Of a DNA stretch of 7,023 bases, positions 6,010-7,023 are shown one piece after another. The translations under genes were made by a program, and so were the position numbers. This DNA comes from a virus (Duplodnaviria > Heunggongvirae > Uroviricota > Caudoviricetes): the IMG/VR virus record IMGVR_UViG_2695420687_000004, positions 1 to 7,023 of that record, one strand, 5' to 3'. The notes under the pieces were generated by a model that was not told the origin of the DNA, ran no database searches, and worked only from the letters and a program-made list of their open reading frames with translations. Each line of letters begins with the position of its first letter. Position 1 is the stretch's first letter.

Positions 6010-6048
6010 AATTGATAAAAGGATAAAAAACAACCAATAGGTGGATAA

Positions 6049-6855
6049 ATGAGTGTTATGAATCCAATAAGTTCTAATATATTTAATGCTGAATTTTTAA
6101 ACACCCCGGCAGCGGCACTTGCCGCATGGATTTCCATTATTGGAGCTGTTATAACTTTGGTGACGATAGTTATAAGAGCACTATTCAAATATAGAAAATC
6201 TCATGATGTAATTTTGAAAAAATCAGGAATACCTGCGTTTATATTAAATTTTTTTCTTATACGAATATCATTAAAAAGGCTGCCTACTATCACATGGGCT
6301 GAAAAATCAATCACGGTTCTCTTTTCACTTCTTTTTTTGTATGCAATTTATATTTTTGGTCCAGTTTTCATCCAAGCCATTAGAACCCCACCAAATAGCA
6401 CATTGCTTTATTGGATAAAGTCCGGTGAATCATTTTATATGTCAAAAAAACTGGCGACTGCAGCTACAATATTAACCACTCCTGATTGGGAAATATCAAA
6501 GGATGATTGCGAAGAGTCATCCTCTGCCAGTACAGAGAAGTACAAATCATTAACTATCGAACATAAAGAAATTCTTTGTAAACTACTAACCACTGATGAA
6601 GGGAATGCTTACATTGATGAAGAAGTCAAGAATTTCGTTAAAGACAAATTCTTTATCTATTCCTTTGCCCCAACAACCATATTTATTCTATTATGGATTT
6701 CTTTGGGTTTTATACTGACCATTCACTATTCTAAAAAAGTTAGGAAATATATTCTGACTGAACAAAAAAATGCAATTCATTGGGCATATGGTGAATTCAA
6801 GACAGAAGGAATCTATTCAATATATCAAGAGTTAGAACGTAAGACTCACCATTAA
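6049..6855 (+). CDS. hypothetical multi-pass membrane protein (268 aa) encoded by an AT-rich moron; function unknown
   Basis: ATG 6049 preceded by AGGTGG (6039..6044, 4-nt spacer); possible sigma70-like elements TTGCAA (5984..5989) and TACAAA (6006..6011). Clearly lower GC than the flanking structural genes (by eye, roughly 30% vs 55%). Hydrophobic segments at about residues 21-45, 60-74, 87-110 and 199-224, with positively charged loops (KYRKSH, KKVRK) and an acidic soluble region at ~115-198 (..[34 protein letters not shown]..). It is the only long ORF in the island and lies opposite to the late operon. Confidence 0.75.
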   Translation: MSVMNPISSNIFNAEFLNTPAAALAAWISIIGAVITLVTIVIRALFKYRKSHDVILKKSGIPAFILNFFLIRISLKRLPTITWAEKSITVLFSLLFLYAIYIFGPVFIQAIRTPPNSTLLYWIKSGESFYMSKKLATAATILTTPDWEISKDDCEESSSASTEKYKSLTIEHKEILCKLLTTDEGNAYIDEEVKNFVKDKFFIYSFAPTTIFILLWISLGFILTIHYSKKVRKYILTEQKNAIHWAYGEFKTEGIYSIYQELERKTHH

Positions 6856-7023
6856 GACCCAACAAACGACGCTCTGCGTAACGCACTTCCGCCACGAAGG
6901 AAGACTCCAGCACGCCAGCACGATGACCGCCAGTTGCGGCCGCCCACGCTTTAGCGATCGCCATTCCTTCGCCTTTCGGATCGTTTTCCGGGTGAACGGC
7001 AATCAGCGTCGGTACACCGAATC
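6797..7023 (-). CDS. 3' end of a phage late gene in the P2 gene-S position (probable tail completion / virion morphogenesis protein); gene starts beyond the right window edge
   Basis: Open minus-strand frame entering at 7021 (..[56 protein letters not shown]..), GC-rich like the other structural genes, stopping at TGA 6799..6797 inside the AT-rich island. Identity is inferred from synteny only; I do not recognise the sequence. Confidence 0.4.
   Translation of the reverse strand, partial: FGVPTLIAVHPENDPKGEGMAIAKAWAAATGGHRAGVLESSFVAEVRYAERRLLGLNGESYVLTLDILNRFLLS

Larger units (their letters stand above)
1..7023. mobile_element. P2-like prophage, tail/baseplate late-gene region (S-like | AT-rich moron | V-W-J-I-H-G | invertible fibre segment + invertase | FI)
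   Basis: Minus-strand gene order and sizes reproduce the P2 late-region order V-W-J-I-H-G-(Z/fun slot)-FI. Junctions are tightly coupled (ATGA overlaps V/W and I/H, TAATG at H/G, 8-bp J/I and 14-bp W/J overlaps). Two compositionally distinct insertions lie at two slots where P2 itself carries non-essential cargo (orf30 between S and V; Z/fun between G and FI). Synteny is seen in the sequence; the P2 order is established knowledge. Confidence 0.85.

Noticed and set aside
5952-6026. 24-codon plus-strand mini-ORF (MMTAENLFITSCKLWYRWYKLIKG) in the V / membrane-gene intergenic region
   Set aside because: No RBS, overlaps the putative promoter elements; likely chance in AT-rich DNA. Only ribosome profiling could revive it.
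5946-6188. Upstream extension of the V ORF to 6188 (273 aa)
   Set aside because: Crosses the sharp GC boundary into the AT-rich island and runs antisense through the promoter and 5' end of the membrane-protein gene; the gpV-like sequence begins at the ATG at 5945.
1-7023. CRISPR arrays, tRNA/rRNA genes, IS elements or transposases
   Set aside because: No regularly spaced direct repeats, no tRNA-like cloverleaf candidates, no rRNA-like segments. The only recombinase is a serine invertase with hix-like sites, not a transposase with terminal inverted repeats.

Overview
This window reads as the tail/baseplate morphogenesis block of a P2-like (Peduovirus-type) prophage from an enterobacterium, with almost all genes on the minus strand. 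Right to left: the 3' end of a late gene in the P2 gene-S position (runs off the window at 7023); a ~0.9 kb AT-rich island holding a single plus-strand gene for a multi-pass membrane protein of unknown function (6049..6855); then V, W, J, I, H (tail fibre) and G (tail fibre assembly) with translationally coupled junctions; then a ~1.4 kb invertible segment (about 1089..2473) bounded by two hix/gix/cix-like 26-bp crossover sites and carrying an alternative fibre C-terminal cassette plus a truncated chaperone paralogue; then a Gin/Pin/Cin/Hin-family serine DNA invertase (455..1021); then the start of the tail sheath gene FI (312 down to 1, runs off the window). The two compositionally foreign insertions sit at two classical P2 'moron' slots (between S and V, and between G and FI). 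The most interesting object is the AT-rich membrane-protein island, which I cannot assign to any family from sequence alone and which is a candidate prophage-encoded accessory system (superinfection exclusion or abortive infection are hypotheses only). The inversion switch follows a known principle (Mu G, P1 C, e14 P segments), but its sites can be read at base resolution here and it is asymmetric: one orientation pairs the fibre with a full-length chaperone, the other with a half-length one. Limits: no database search, alignment or computation was possible; protein identities rest on synteny, size, motifs and my recollection of P2-family proteins; GC statements are by eye; promoter calls are weak.
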